A program made the translations under genes and the position numbers. A DNA stretch of 64,000 bases, taken from contig JAUYJC010000630.1 in the NCBI GenBank assembly GCA_030688735.1, positions 2,262 to 66,261 of the forward strand, read 5' to 3'. Of the stretch, positions 17,588-26,111 are shown piece after piece. Under the pieces are notes generated by a model that did no database searches, was not told where the DNA came from, and saw only the letters and a list, made by a program, of their open reading frames with translations. Position 1 is the first letter of the stretch. Each line of letters opens with the position of its first letter. This DNA is from Deltaproteobacteria bacterium. Its GTDB lineage: Bacteria; Desulfobacterota; Binatia; UBA9968.

Positions 17588-18453
17588 TACTGATCCTCGA
17601 ACAGTGTGTCCGCTACCGCTTCGAGATCCTTCTGGCTCGACTGAGCGACGTACAACATCGCGGTCTCGATTGCTGCCCATTGCATATGGTCCTTCAACTT
17701 CACTGGATCTTTGCAAGCCTCGTAATAGTACGTTGCGTAGGTCTTGCGCAAGAGGTGAGGGTTAATCTTAGCAATTCCGACCTCTTCCCCGCAGGCAGTC
17801 AGAGCCCGAGAGACGGTCTTTTCCGCGGCGCCGAGGGTGTGCCCGGGGGATACGCATTCTGCGACGGTCTCATCTTTTCGAGGGTAGCAGAGCTTGAGGC
17901 TAGCTTCCCAGTGACGCGTGACGGGGAAGGACAGCCGGCGCCGGCCCTTGGCGACGTAGGTGAGCGTACCCGAGGTGAAGGAATCCTTGATCACGTCCCG
18001 GGTGAGCCTCAACACGTCGCCACGACGGAAGCCGCGCGCCGCCATGAGTCCCAACACACCACGGACGGGATCGTCGATGTAATCTGCCTGGTCGATCTCT
18101 TGTCGGAGATCAAGCCACTGCTTTCGCGTGAGCACCTTCTTCTCGGAGATGCGGCTCGCCGCTGGCAGAGAGATCTCGCTGATCTCGTGCTTGAGTGCGT
18201 CATTGCGCGTGTGCTGCGCCCAAGCCCGTAGGGCGCTGGCGATGGAGTGCAACGTCTTCGGCGCCGCGGTATCGTCTAGGAGGCGGTCTAGCGGGTCTTC
18301 GCCTCCGGTGTAGCTGCGCCTGACTTGGTAGGTATAGAGGTCTGCGGTGCCTTGACAACGACCGCGCTTGCGCAGCCACTTGTGGAAGCCCTGAAGTTCT
18401 TCATCGGTGGGCATCAGTATGTGTGAGAGCTTACCACTACTGTCCATAAACAA
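17587..18453 (-). CDS. int: tyrosine recombinase / phage integrase
   Basis: 288 aa. ARGFRRGD (Arg I), HLLRKTYAT (H-x-x-R) and AIETAMLY (catalytic Tyr region). N-terminal SAM-like core-binding segment. Confidence 0.8.
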   Translation of the reverse strand: MFMDSSGKLSHILMPTDEELQGFHKWLRKRGRCQGTADLYTYQVRRSYTGGEDPLDRLLDDTAAPKTLHSIASALRAWAQHTRNDALKHEISEISLPAASRISEKKVLTRKQWLDLRQEIDQADYIDDPVRGVLGLMAARGFRRGDVLRLTRDVIKDSFTSGTLTYVAKGRRRLSFPVTRHWEASLKLCYPRKDETVAECVSPGHTLGAAEKTVSRALTACGEEVGIAKINPHLLRKTYATYYYEACKDPVKLKDHMQWAAIETAMLYVAQSSQKDLEAVADTLFEDQ

Positions 18454-18638
18454 AACCCCCGCCCGGGGGAGGGCGAGGGTTCTGAGTCCCGATCACCGAA
18501 TAGATCTTCTTGACTCGCGCCTAGAAACCAACTCGGTCGATACGAGGCGACACTAGCGGCTTCTCAGTGGTTCGTCAAGTATTTGATGAGGCCCGAGAGG
18601 GGGTAAGAGGGAGGTCAGAAAGGTCTCGGAGCAAAATG

Positions 18639-18952
18639 CTTAGAACACAGCACCTCTGTAAGTCTAGTAAATACACGGATCGGATACCGTCTGTGTTCTA
18701 AGGGCCGATCCTTAGAACACAGATTTTCTTGTTCTAAGGATTTTGGGTTTGTGTTCTAAAGTGTGTTCTAAGCATGGTCTCTGATAAAAAAGTTGTAACT
18801 ACCCGAAAGGTCGATCCGAAAAATACTTTCCCCCAACCCATATATATAAACCTCTTAGAACATACTTTAGAACAAATATTAGAACATAAAATATACTTGT
18901 TCTAAGCCTTGTTCTAAGCCGTGTTCTAAGGCGTTTTTATATATGGGTTGGG
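18639..18952. repeat. iteron cluster and palindrome (candidate replication origin, attP arm sites or operator)
   Basis: 12 copies of TGTTCTAA(G)/its complement. Complement orientation at 18639, 18711, 18854, 18866, 18878. Direct orientation at 18693, 18729, 18751, 18763, 18897, 18909, 18921. The AT-rich inverted repeat CCCAACCCATATATATAAA (18832) / TTTATATATGGGTTGGG (18936) brackets a 3+3 set. Confidence 0.85.
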
Positions 18953-19073
18953 CTGGCCATTTTTCTTCCTGACAGGCTCACTTTAGAAAAACTTGCTTTT
19001 CTCCCCCCGGGTTTGTTATGAGGGGGTCCCCGATCGCCTTCGAGGATCTTTTTCACCCCTACAACCAACCCCC

Positions 19074-21713
19074 ATGAATCGATCGCCATCTGAGGACCTC
19101 CGGGCTTTCTTGCTCGCCCTATGGGGACGGACTGACCCTCTCTCGGTCTCTACCGACCTTTTCTCACTAACGCAGCCCGAGACGAAGTGTACGCACCACT
19201 TCCCCGCCAGGCGGGTTTTGGAAGCACTACACGACGATGCCGACTTCGCCGCTCTTGCTGGAATTATTTTCGAGCTGAATGCGAGCGCAGATCTTCGCAT
19301 CAACGTGGGCCTGCGTGACCGCAAGCTCATCATGGCTAGAGCAAACGTCGACGTCGGCCCCGATGATTTTTTCTCTTCTGCGATTCGCGGCAAGCGTCCC
19401 GAGGTGAGTGTGCTGCCGTGTTTCTCAGCCGAGTTCGATATTGGTCAAGAGGGGCACGCTGCCGACGCCGCCGAACTTCCGAAAAGTCGTGAAGAAGTAT
19501 TCGAGCATCTAGCGACCTGTGGCATCCCACCAGCGTCCCTCGAAGTGTCTTCGGGGCATGGGTTCCATTTGCACTGGTGCTTTGAGCCTATCTTTTTGTT
19601 CATCGACGGTAACGACACCGGCATTACCGGGTCAGTCTGGAATCGTTTTCAGAAATTTCAGCAACGCTTTACCACCAAAGAGAGCTTTGGCGACCGAGTG
19701 TTTTTCAAGATCGATCCAACAGCCGGCATCGAGCGTGAGTGGCGCTTGCCGGGCACCAACAACATGAAGATCCCAGAGCGACCTCGCCCTGTGAGGTTGA
19801 TCGGCAATGGGGATCTTGAGCCCTACGACATCGACGTATTGGCCCCAATCAAACATCGAATTACGAAGACCGATAAAGCTCGTATCGATGCGGTCTCTGG
19901 AAATCGCGACATTGATCGCTTGAAGGCCCATCTTGCTTCTCGTCGACCTGATAGCAAGAATCAAGCGGAGATCAAATTACTGCTTGACGGGAAGTCGTTC
20001 GCTCCTTCAGGCAAACGCAATTCCACAATGCAAGCTCTTGTCGGAACCATTGTGTTTGGTGGCATAGGGGCACTCGGAATTGACCCGAACCTCGAAGACA
20101 TATACGGACTTTTTGATTCATCGTTTCAGGCATGGGAAGACGAGCCTCCTGTTTCTGGTAAGGAGTCAACAACTGTTGAGAGGGAGCGCGAGATTCTCAA
20201 GGATATGCTTGAGCGTGCGGTCGCGGAATACATCGAGAAGCAACAAGCGGCGATGGCCGCGCAGCAAGCCGATGCAAACAAAGACATCGAGTTGAGCCCT
20301 CTTGGTGAGATCAATACCATCACGACCGAGGGTGTTACCCAGCTCTGTCGCATCGTCCAACACAAAAAATCATTCGCTCTCTACTCATTTGTCGAAGGTA
20401 AATTTTTGTCTCGGTGGTTTGAACAAAACGAGATGAGCATTCTCGATATAGACTGGCCGAACCATCGAGCTGATCTCGTCGTGGTGGGGGAAAACGGAAA
20501 GTCGCGCCCTCGAAAAGCGGAAGAACTCACCAGAGCCTTCGGGGTCGTTGCCGTCGACGTGAGGTACTCGCTGCTCATCAATGAGGATTACTACGACGAG
20601 AAAGAGCGCGCATTCATCCGAGCTGCGTCCCCTCTCCGTGAAGATCTAGAGCCAATCTACAGCCCGATCATTGACGAGTTCATAGACAAACTCGGGGGTG
20701 CAAAAGCCGACATACTCCGGGATTGGTGTGCAGCGTGTTTTCGATTGGATGGTCCGTGCGCTGGTCTCTATCTCTACGGGGTCCCGGGGTGTGGCAAAGA
20801 TTTCTTCGTCAACGGGGTCGCGAGTATTTGGAAGCGCGGCTCACCCACCGAGTACAACGAATTCAAGAGCAAGAGTGGCTTTGTCTACTTCAACAATCCC
20901 ATCATTCTCATCGAAGAAGAAGTCAAAGATCCAATCGGCGTGACCAGCGACATTCGTAAGCTCGTTTCGCAACAGAATGAGCACCAGATCAAACACAAGT
21001 TCAAAGATCCCTTCTCGATGATCGGTTCACTACGACTCGTGATTACAGCAAACAACTACGACGCCATCAACGAGCCCGGCGTCAATCACACGCAGTACGA
21101 CATCGCCGCCATCCAGGAGCGCATCACATTCATCGCTGTAAATAGTGTGGTCTCTAAGCCTTGGGTCGAAGATCTACACCAGAAACTTTTGAAAGAGCAG
21201 AACGGGAACGGCCCGGGGATTGGTGCGCTCATCGAGTCAGGTGAGTTTGCTAATCACGTTGCGTGGCTTGCCACCGAGCGAGAGCCGAAGCGGGATCGAT
21301 TCTACTGTATGCAGAACGAACTCACGGACTGGCACTTGCACTATGTTCTCCACGGCTCTGGTAGCGACAATACACTTGAATGGATCACGCGCATGGCGAC
21401 GGAGCCGGCGCTGCTGTATCAAAGCGCCAGAGGGATGGCTATCCAGGGTGGGGGCAATCTCACAACGTCGATCGGTGGGGGACAAATTCGAGTGCGGACG
21501 CAGGAGGTGCTCGACCACTGGAAAGTTTACATGTCGAACATTATGAAACCCACGGTGCTCACCGCAAACCGCTCACTCGACAAACTTGCGGTGCAGGATG
21601 GCGACGGCTACACCGTGCGCCTCGATCTACTCAGGTTCTACGTCCAGAAAAGTGGCATTGGCGATTGGGACAAGATTGAAGCGAACATGAGAGGACTAGC
21701 GTTAGTAAAATGA
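19074..21713 (+). CDS. bifunctional primase-polymerase (AEP) / SF3-type helicase
   Basis: AEP-like motifs FSAEFDIG and SSGHGFHLHW; Walker A LYGVPGCGKDFF. ATG 19074 inside listed ORF 18993..21713. Confidence 0.75.
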   Translation: MNRSPSEDLRAFLLALWGRTDPLSVSTDLFSLTQPETKCTHHFPARRVLEALHDDADFAALAGIIFELNASADLRINVGLRDRKLIMARANVDVGPDDFFSSAIRGKRPEVSVLPCFSAEFDIGQEGHAADAAELPKSREEVFEHLATCGIPPASLEVSSGHGFHLHWCFEPIFLFIDGNDTGITGSVWNRFQKFQQRFTTKESFGDRVFFKIDPTAGIEREWRLPGTNNMKIPERPRPVRLIGNGDLEPYDIDVLAPIKHRITKTDKARIDAVSGNRDIDRLKAHLASRRPDSKNQAEIKLLLDGKSFAPSGKRNSTMQALVGTIVFGGIGALGIDPNLEDIYGLFDSSFQAWEDEPPVSGKESTTVEREREILKDMLERAVAEYIEKQQAAMAAQQADANKDIELSPLGEINTITTEGVTQLCRIVQHKKSFALYSFVEGKFLSRWFEQNEMSILDIDWPNHRADLVVVGENGKSRPRKAEELTRAFGVVAVDVRYSLLINEDYYDEKERAFIRAASPLREDLEPIYSPIIDEFIDKLGGAKADILRDWCAACFRLDGPCAGLYLYGVPGCGKDFFVNGVASIWKRGSPTEYNEFKSKSGFVYFNNPIILIEEEVKDPIGVTSDIRKLVSQQNEHQIKHKFKDPFSMIGSLRLVITANNYDAINEPGVNHTQYDIAAIQERITFIAVNSVVSKPWVEDLHQKLLKEQNGNGPGIGALIESGEFANHVAWLATEREPKRDRFYCMQNELTDWHLHYVLHGSGSDNTLEWITRMATEPALLYQSARGMAIQGGGNLTTSIGGGQIRVRTQEVLDHWKVYMSNIMKPTVLTANRSLDKLAVQDGDGYTVRLDLLRFYVQKSGIGDWDKIEANMRGLALVK

Positions 21714-23122
21714 TATCTAACTCAGGTGAAATAATGCACCACACCTCAGCATCTCAAGTTTCTATGTTCCTACGCTGCAATCGGCGCTGGTTCTGGACTT
21801 ACGTAATGAAGATGCGGAGCCCTCCTTCTGAGGCGCAGCTCCGCGGCTTGGCCGTTCACAAAGTCGTCGAGAACTATTTCAATCACGGAGTCATGCCCGA
21901 TGCGCCCAAAGAAGGTGAGCTTGACCTACGTCCCTACGTGGAAGCTGCTATCAAGTACGTGCATCGAAACCAGACGATCCCACTTTTGCCCGAGCCCGAG
22001 CCCGGTCCAGATCGTAGTTATCTCGTCGAGCACAAGTTCGTCATTCCTACCCGAGAAGGTTTGCCCGACTGGCTTGGCTTCATCGACTTTTTTCACGACG
22101 TACAACCCATAAGGCGTTGCCCAGATTTCAAAACGATGGGCAGCTTACGCAGCGCGAAGACGCCCATCGAACTCAGCAAAGATCCACAGATGATGTCCTA
22201 CGCCAAGTGGGCGTACATGGCTGGTCATCAAGGCCCACTCGAAGTTGGGCATTTCTGCATCGAGACAAGAATGCCGCCGCCGAAAAAAGCGGCGCCGAGA
22301 ATCTTGTATGTGCCGTTAGTGGTTGTCGAAGACACCGTAAACGAGTATTGGAATGAAACGGCACTCCCAGCGGTCGAGCGGATGACCACCATCGAAGCTG
22401 GACCCAAAGAGATTTCCCTCATCGATCCAAATGACGAGGCGTGCGGCGACCATGGTGGTTGCCCTCACCGGGAACGATGCGGGCTTGAGAAAAACGTCGT
22501 CACGTTCGGACGAAAAACAACCAAAGGAAAAGGAACAGAGATGGGAAACCCGATGCTTGAGAAGTTGAAGAACGCAAAACTCGCCGCCGCTGATAACGGC
22601 ACTAGCGCCGCGCCGGTCGCTGCTGTCGTTCCGGCTGTTGTCGCCGCGCAGGCCCAGGCCCCCGAGGCCCAGCCGACCATCCCGACCTTCGTGCGGGCTC
22701 GTATGGCCGCCGTGCCGCCCCAGGAAGTGCAGCCGGCCAACGCCGCTACCTTGGCTGCTGTGACCGCTCAGGAGCCCGTCAAGGCCGTCAAACCCAAGGC
22801 AGCCCCCCGAGGCGCCAAAGGCGGCTTCGAGCTGTACATCGACTGCCAGCCCGTCGTGGGTGGCAAGCCAGCGGTGCCTTTCGAGGTCTGGTTCGCGCCC
22901 ATCGAGGAAGCGGTCGGGCAAATTCTCGAATCAGAAGGTAAGCCAGCTAACATTATGCGGCTGGACTTCGGCGAGCAGAAGGCCGTCATTGCGGATGCTG
23001 TCCGGGCCAATCTCGATGAGGTTCCCGGCGCTCTGTGCGTGTCGACCTCGAACAACATCGGCAAGGACGCACTCAACGTCCTCATCCCACACGCATCTCG
23101 GGTGGTTAGGTCGATCCGGTAA
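21710..23122 (+). CDS. PD-(D/E)XK nuclease, Cas4/RecB-like, with Cys cluster and C-terminal extension
   Basis: GFIDFF...CPDFKT...QMMSY motifs. One N-terminal Cys plus C-x5-C-x5-C (CGDHGGCPHRERC). Ala/Pro-rich linker, then an unknown ~110-aa domain. Confidence 0.7.
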   Translation: MISNSGEIMHHTSASQVSMFLRCNRRWFWTYVMKMRSPPSEAQLRGLAVHKVVENYFNHGVMPDAPKEGELDLRPYVEAAIKYVHRNQTIPLLPEPEPGPDRSYLVEHKFVIPTREGLPDWLGFIDFFHDVQPIRRCPDFKTMGSLRSAKTPIELSKDPQMMSYAKWAYMAGHQGPLEVGHFCIETRMPPPKKAAPRILYVPLVVVEDTVNEYWNETALPAVERMTTIEAGPKEISLIDPNDEACGDHGGCPHRERCGLEKNVVTFGRKTTKGKGTEMGNPMLEKLKNAKLAAADNGTSAAPVAAVVPAVVAAQAQAPEAQPTIPTFVRARMAAVPPQEVQPANAATLAAVTAQEPVKAVKPKAAPRGAKGGFELYIDCQPVVGGKPAVPFEVWFAPIEEAVGQILESEGKPANIMRLDFGEQKAVIADAVRANLDEVPGALCVSTSNNIGKDALNVLIPHASRVVRSIR

Positions 23123-24843
23123 TGGCGACGAAGCTCAACCTCGGCGCCGCGACCGAACCTCGCTATGCGGGTAAGGTCGTGGCGTCGTGGGAGCTTCAAC
23201 GCATCGAGAAACTCCCAAGGAGAATCTTAGATCTGAACGACATCCCGGACCTCTCGCCGCTGTTCGTGCGCGAGAGAAGCCCGTACCGGCTCTGGCCAAT
23301 TCAGAGTGCGGCGCTGATCGAGGCCGCGGCACAGAACGGTTTGTTTGCTCCCATCCGCGCGGGGGCCGGCAAGACACTCATTGGCCTCTTGCTCCCCGAG
23401 GCTCTCGACTCGGATTGCGCGGTCTACCTCGTCAAGCCAAGCCTCAAGCGACAACTCATCCGTGAGCTTGACGAGTTCTACTGCAAACACTTCCTGATTC
23501 CCCGAGATCGCCTGCACATTGTTTCCTATCACGAGCTGTCGGACGCTGAAACGGACGACATACTAGACGAATTGAATCCAGATGCAATCATTGCGGACGA
23601 GGCGCACTGTCTAAAAAACCCGAAAAGTGTCAGAACCGGCCGATTTCTCCGCTTCATGGAAGAGCACCCCCAGTGTCGATTCGCCGGCATGAGTGGCACG
23701 ATGACCACGCGCTCGCTCAAGGAATACTCACACCTTGCCGAGCTGGCGCTGCACAAAAACTCTCCCGTACCCAAATCCTATCAAGAGCTGCGCGCCTGGT
23801 CCGGCGCCCTCGACGCTAAGCCTGCTGAGCTTTTCGAACCCGGCGCGCTTCTACGCTTCTGCAATGAAGACGAGACCCCGCGACAAGGGTTTCATCGCCG
23901 GCTCGTCGAAACTCCCGGGGTCGTCGGCACGAGCGAAGCGGAGACGGGATCGAGCCTACTCATGCGTCCGATCCAGATCAAGATTCCGTCGCAGATCACC
24001 GAGATGATCGCGGACCTCCTGCACACCTGGAAGCTCGTCGACGAGGCACACGATTTCATTGATGAGATCACCGAGGCCACAGTGCTCGCCGCGTACCGGC
24101 GCCAACTCAGTAGCGGCTTCTACTACGTCTGGGATTGGCCCAACACGGGCATCGATCGCGAGTGGATGACTGCTCGCGCCAACTGGAACCGCGAGGTTCG
24201 TGAAAAACGTAAGCGACCCGTCGCAGGCATGGACAGCCCCTTACTCTTGGAGCGCGCGGCTGAGCGAATGCACAAGTGGGTCGAAGAGGGTAGCAAACCA
24301 CCGCAACCGGCAAAGTGCTGGGACTCTGCATATTGGCCAGAGTGGAGACTTTTCAAAGATCAACCCAAGCCGCCGACCATCCCTGTTTGGATTGACGACT
24401 TCATTGTCCGGGCCAGTATTGTGTGGGCGAAGAAGCAGGACAAAAAAGCGATCATTTGGTACGAACATCGCGCGGTCGGCGAAGCTCTCGCCAAGCACTT
24501 TCCTTTTTATGGCCCCGGAGCGGACGCAGATCTAGCGACCGAGCCCGTGATCGTGTGCAGCATCGAAGCTCAAGGCACCGGCAAAAATCTTCAACATCAA
24601 TACAGTCGAAACCTATTTACGTCTTTCGCGCCGAGTGGTAGTAAGCTCGAGCAGCTCATGGCGCGAACGCATCGCCCGGGGCAGCCTGAAGATGAGGTGA
24701 TCTGTGACTATTTCCAACACACCTGCACAGAATCTCTCGAACGAATCATGGACGACGACGCGCCGTATGTACAGGAGAGCATGGGCCAACTACAGCGTGT
24801 CTTTTATGCGACGCACCTAGATCTGATTAGCTTGAAATATTGA
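23122..24843 (+). CDS. SNF2/DEAD-like helicase
   Basis: RAGAGKT (Walker A), IIADEAHCLKN (DEAH box), QGTGKNLQ and RTHRPGQ (motif VI). Confidence 0.85.
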   Translation: MATKLNLGAATEPRYAGKVVASWELQRIEKLPRRILDLNDIPDLSPLFVRERSPYRLWPIQSAALIEAAAQNGLFAPIRAGAGKTLIGLLLPEALDSDCAVYLVKPSLKRQLIRELDEFYCKHFLIPRDRLHIVSYHELSDAETDDILDELNPDAIIADEAHCLKNPKSVRTGRFLRFMEEHPQCRFAGMSGTMTTRSLKEYSHLAELALHKNSPVPKSYQELRAWSGALDAKPAELFEPGALLRFCNEDETPRQGFHRRLVETPGVVGTSEAETGSSLLMRPIQIKIPSQITEMIADLLHTWKLVDEAHDFIDEITEATVLAAYRRQLSSGFYYVWDWPNTGIDREWMTARANWNREVREKRKRPVAGMDSPLLLERAAERMHKWVEEGSKPPQPAKCWDSAYWPEWRLFKDQPKPPTIPVWIDDFIVRASIVWAKKQDKKAIIWYEHRAVGEALAKHFPFYGPGADADLATEPVIVCSIEAQGTGKNLQHQYSRNLFTSFAPSGSKLEQLMARTHRPGQPEDEVICDYFQHTCTESLERIMDDDAPYVQESMGQLQRVFYATHLDLISLKY

Positions 24844-24890
24844 AGACACAACACACACAACATACACAACAACAATAGAAAGACAAGAAA

Positions 24891-25391
24891 ATGGGCATGT
24901 TTGCAGGAATGAATCTGAACCAGTTCCACGGCTCCGGCGGTGGGAACTACTTCAAGGACGGTGATTTCGTCTGCCGTGTGCAGTCGATGAAGGTCATCAC
25001 GAAGCGCGACGGGCACACCGCGTTCATCGCCGAGTTCGAGGTGCTGGAATCGAACAACGACGAGATCAAGGTGGGTAGCATCCGCTCTTTTTACGTGCCT
25101 CTCTCCGACGCACAGTTCAAAGAGACGAGCTACGGCAACATGGTCGACGCGATGCGTGCGGCGACGGCCACGATGATGTTCATCCACGGCTCTCCCACCG
25201 ATCCGATGCCGGTCGTGAAGGACGTGGCGATTTCCGACGAGGATGCTGACAGCATCATTGCCGAAGATCAACCGCTCGCTGGAGCGATCTGTGGTGTGCG
25301 TGCGTACACGATCATCACCAAGATCAAAAAACAGCAGTTCACCAAGCACGAGTTCTTCGTGCCGACGAACGCTCGCGACTACGCACGGTAG
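24891..25391 (+). CDS. hypothetical protein (position is compatible with an ssDNA-binding or recombination role, but this is unsupported)
   Basis: 166-aa ORF preceded by a CA-rich leader (24846-24875). Confidence 0.65.
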   Translation: MGMFAGMNLNQFHGSGGGNYFKDGDFVCRVQSMKVITKRDGHTAFIAEFEVLESNNDEIKVGSIRSFYVPLSDAQFKETSYGNMVDAMRAATATMMFIHGSPTDPMPVVKDVAISDEDADSIIAEDQPLAGAICGVRAYTIITKIKKQQFTKHEFFVPTNARDYAR

Positions 25392-25401
25392 AGAAAGACT
25401 C

Positions 25402-25474
25402 GGTCCTGCTCCATCGAGAGGGAGTTAATCCTTTCGCCCTCTCATGTTGACAGATGGGGCAGGACCCCTTTTTT
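25402..25474 (+). terminator. structured element ending in an intrinsic-terminator-like hairpin
   Basis: GGTCCTGC (25402) pairs with GCAGGACC (25459). Inner stem GAGAGGG/CCCTCTC (25416/25437). Followed by CCTTTTTT. Confidence 0.55.
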
Positions 25475-25489
25475 GTGGAGAACGTTATT

Positions 25490-25813
25490 ATGCCTACGTT
25501 CAAACTCGATGAAGCAGGACCGAATATCTATGAAGAGCGCGGTGATGAAATAGGTAGGCTCGTCACCGAAAAGCAAAAGCAGTACGGGGATTCTGCCGGC
25601 AAGAGCGCGGACATCATGCGAATTCTCTACCCGCAAGGGATCATGTCCTATCAGATGACCGATGCACTGCTCGTCGTGCGGGTGCTCGACAAGCTCTCAC
25701 GCATCGCGCAGCGCGGTACCGATTGCAGAGACCTCGGCGGCGAGAGTCCTTGGAAAGACATTTCTGGTTATGGGCTTCTAGGGTGGGTGAAAGATGAGTT
25801 CAGATCGGTATAG
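25490..25813 (+). CDS. DUF1599-like protein (nucleotide-modification-associated domain)
   Basis: KQKQYGDSAGK...VVRVLDKLSRIAQ pattern. ATG 25490 lies after the terminator hairpin. Confidence 0.5.
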   Translation: MPTFKLDEAGPNIYEERGDEIGRLVTEKQKQYGDSAGKSADIMRILYPQGIMSYQMTDALLVVRVLDKLSRIAQRGTDCRDLGGESPWKDISGYGLLGWVKDEFRSV

Positions 25814-26111
25814 CTGCGGCGTCGCTAACTGCCCCTACGAGTCGTCCACAACTATTGAAGGCTTCCCGGTTTGCGAACTTCACAACGCACCGCAGACCCG
25901 GGGCATCCTCGATAAGCTAGAACGACCCGGCGCGTTCTTGATGGGCGGCCACCTTATCGTGGTGCCGGTTGGCGCGTTGGAAGAAGAGCACTTTTTTCAG
26001 ACGGGTGGCAAACCGATTGATCTAGACAGACTCACTCGTGATACGGATCTAGATGGGCCTGGCGCCGCCCCGCAGTTCGATCTGTTCAAAGAGTACCCGG
26101 AGATACTGTGA
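25794..26111 (+). CDS. hypothetical protein
   Basis: 105-aa ORF with Cys/His near the N-terminus. Confidence 0.55.
   Translation: MSSDRYSCGVANCPYESSTTIEGFPVCELHNAPQTRGILDKLERPGAFLMGGHLIVVPVGALEEEHFFQTGGKPIDLDRLTRDTDLDGPGAAPQFDLFKEYPEIL

Noticed and set aside
18454-18480. GC-rich hairpin (CCCCCG..CGGGGG followed by TTTTGTTT on the minus strand) directly upstream of the integrase start, considered as a terminator.
   Set aside because: The loop would be only about 2 nt, and the element abuts the start codon, leaving no room for an RBS. The function is unclear, so it was not annotated.
18454-18640. A tRNA gene or tRNA-derived attP core next to the integrase.
   Set aside because: Only a weak GGTTCGT fragment is present. 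No cloverleaf-compatible acceptor or anticodon arms were seen by eye. A tRNAscan run would settle this.
24891-25391. Calling this gene an ssDNA-binding protein because of its position between the helicase and the polymerase.
   Set aside because: I recognised no OB-fold or acidic-tail signature. It is left as hypothetical.
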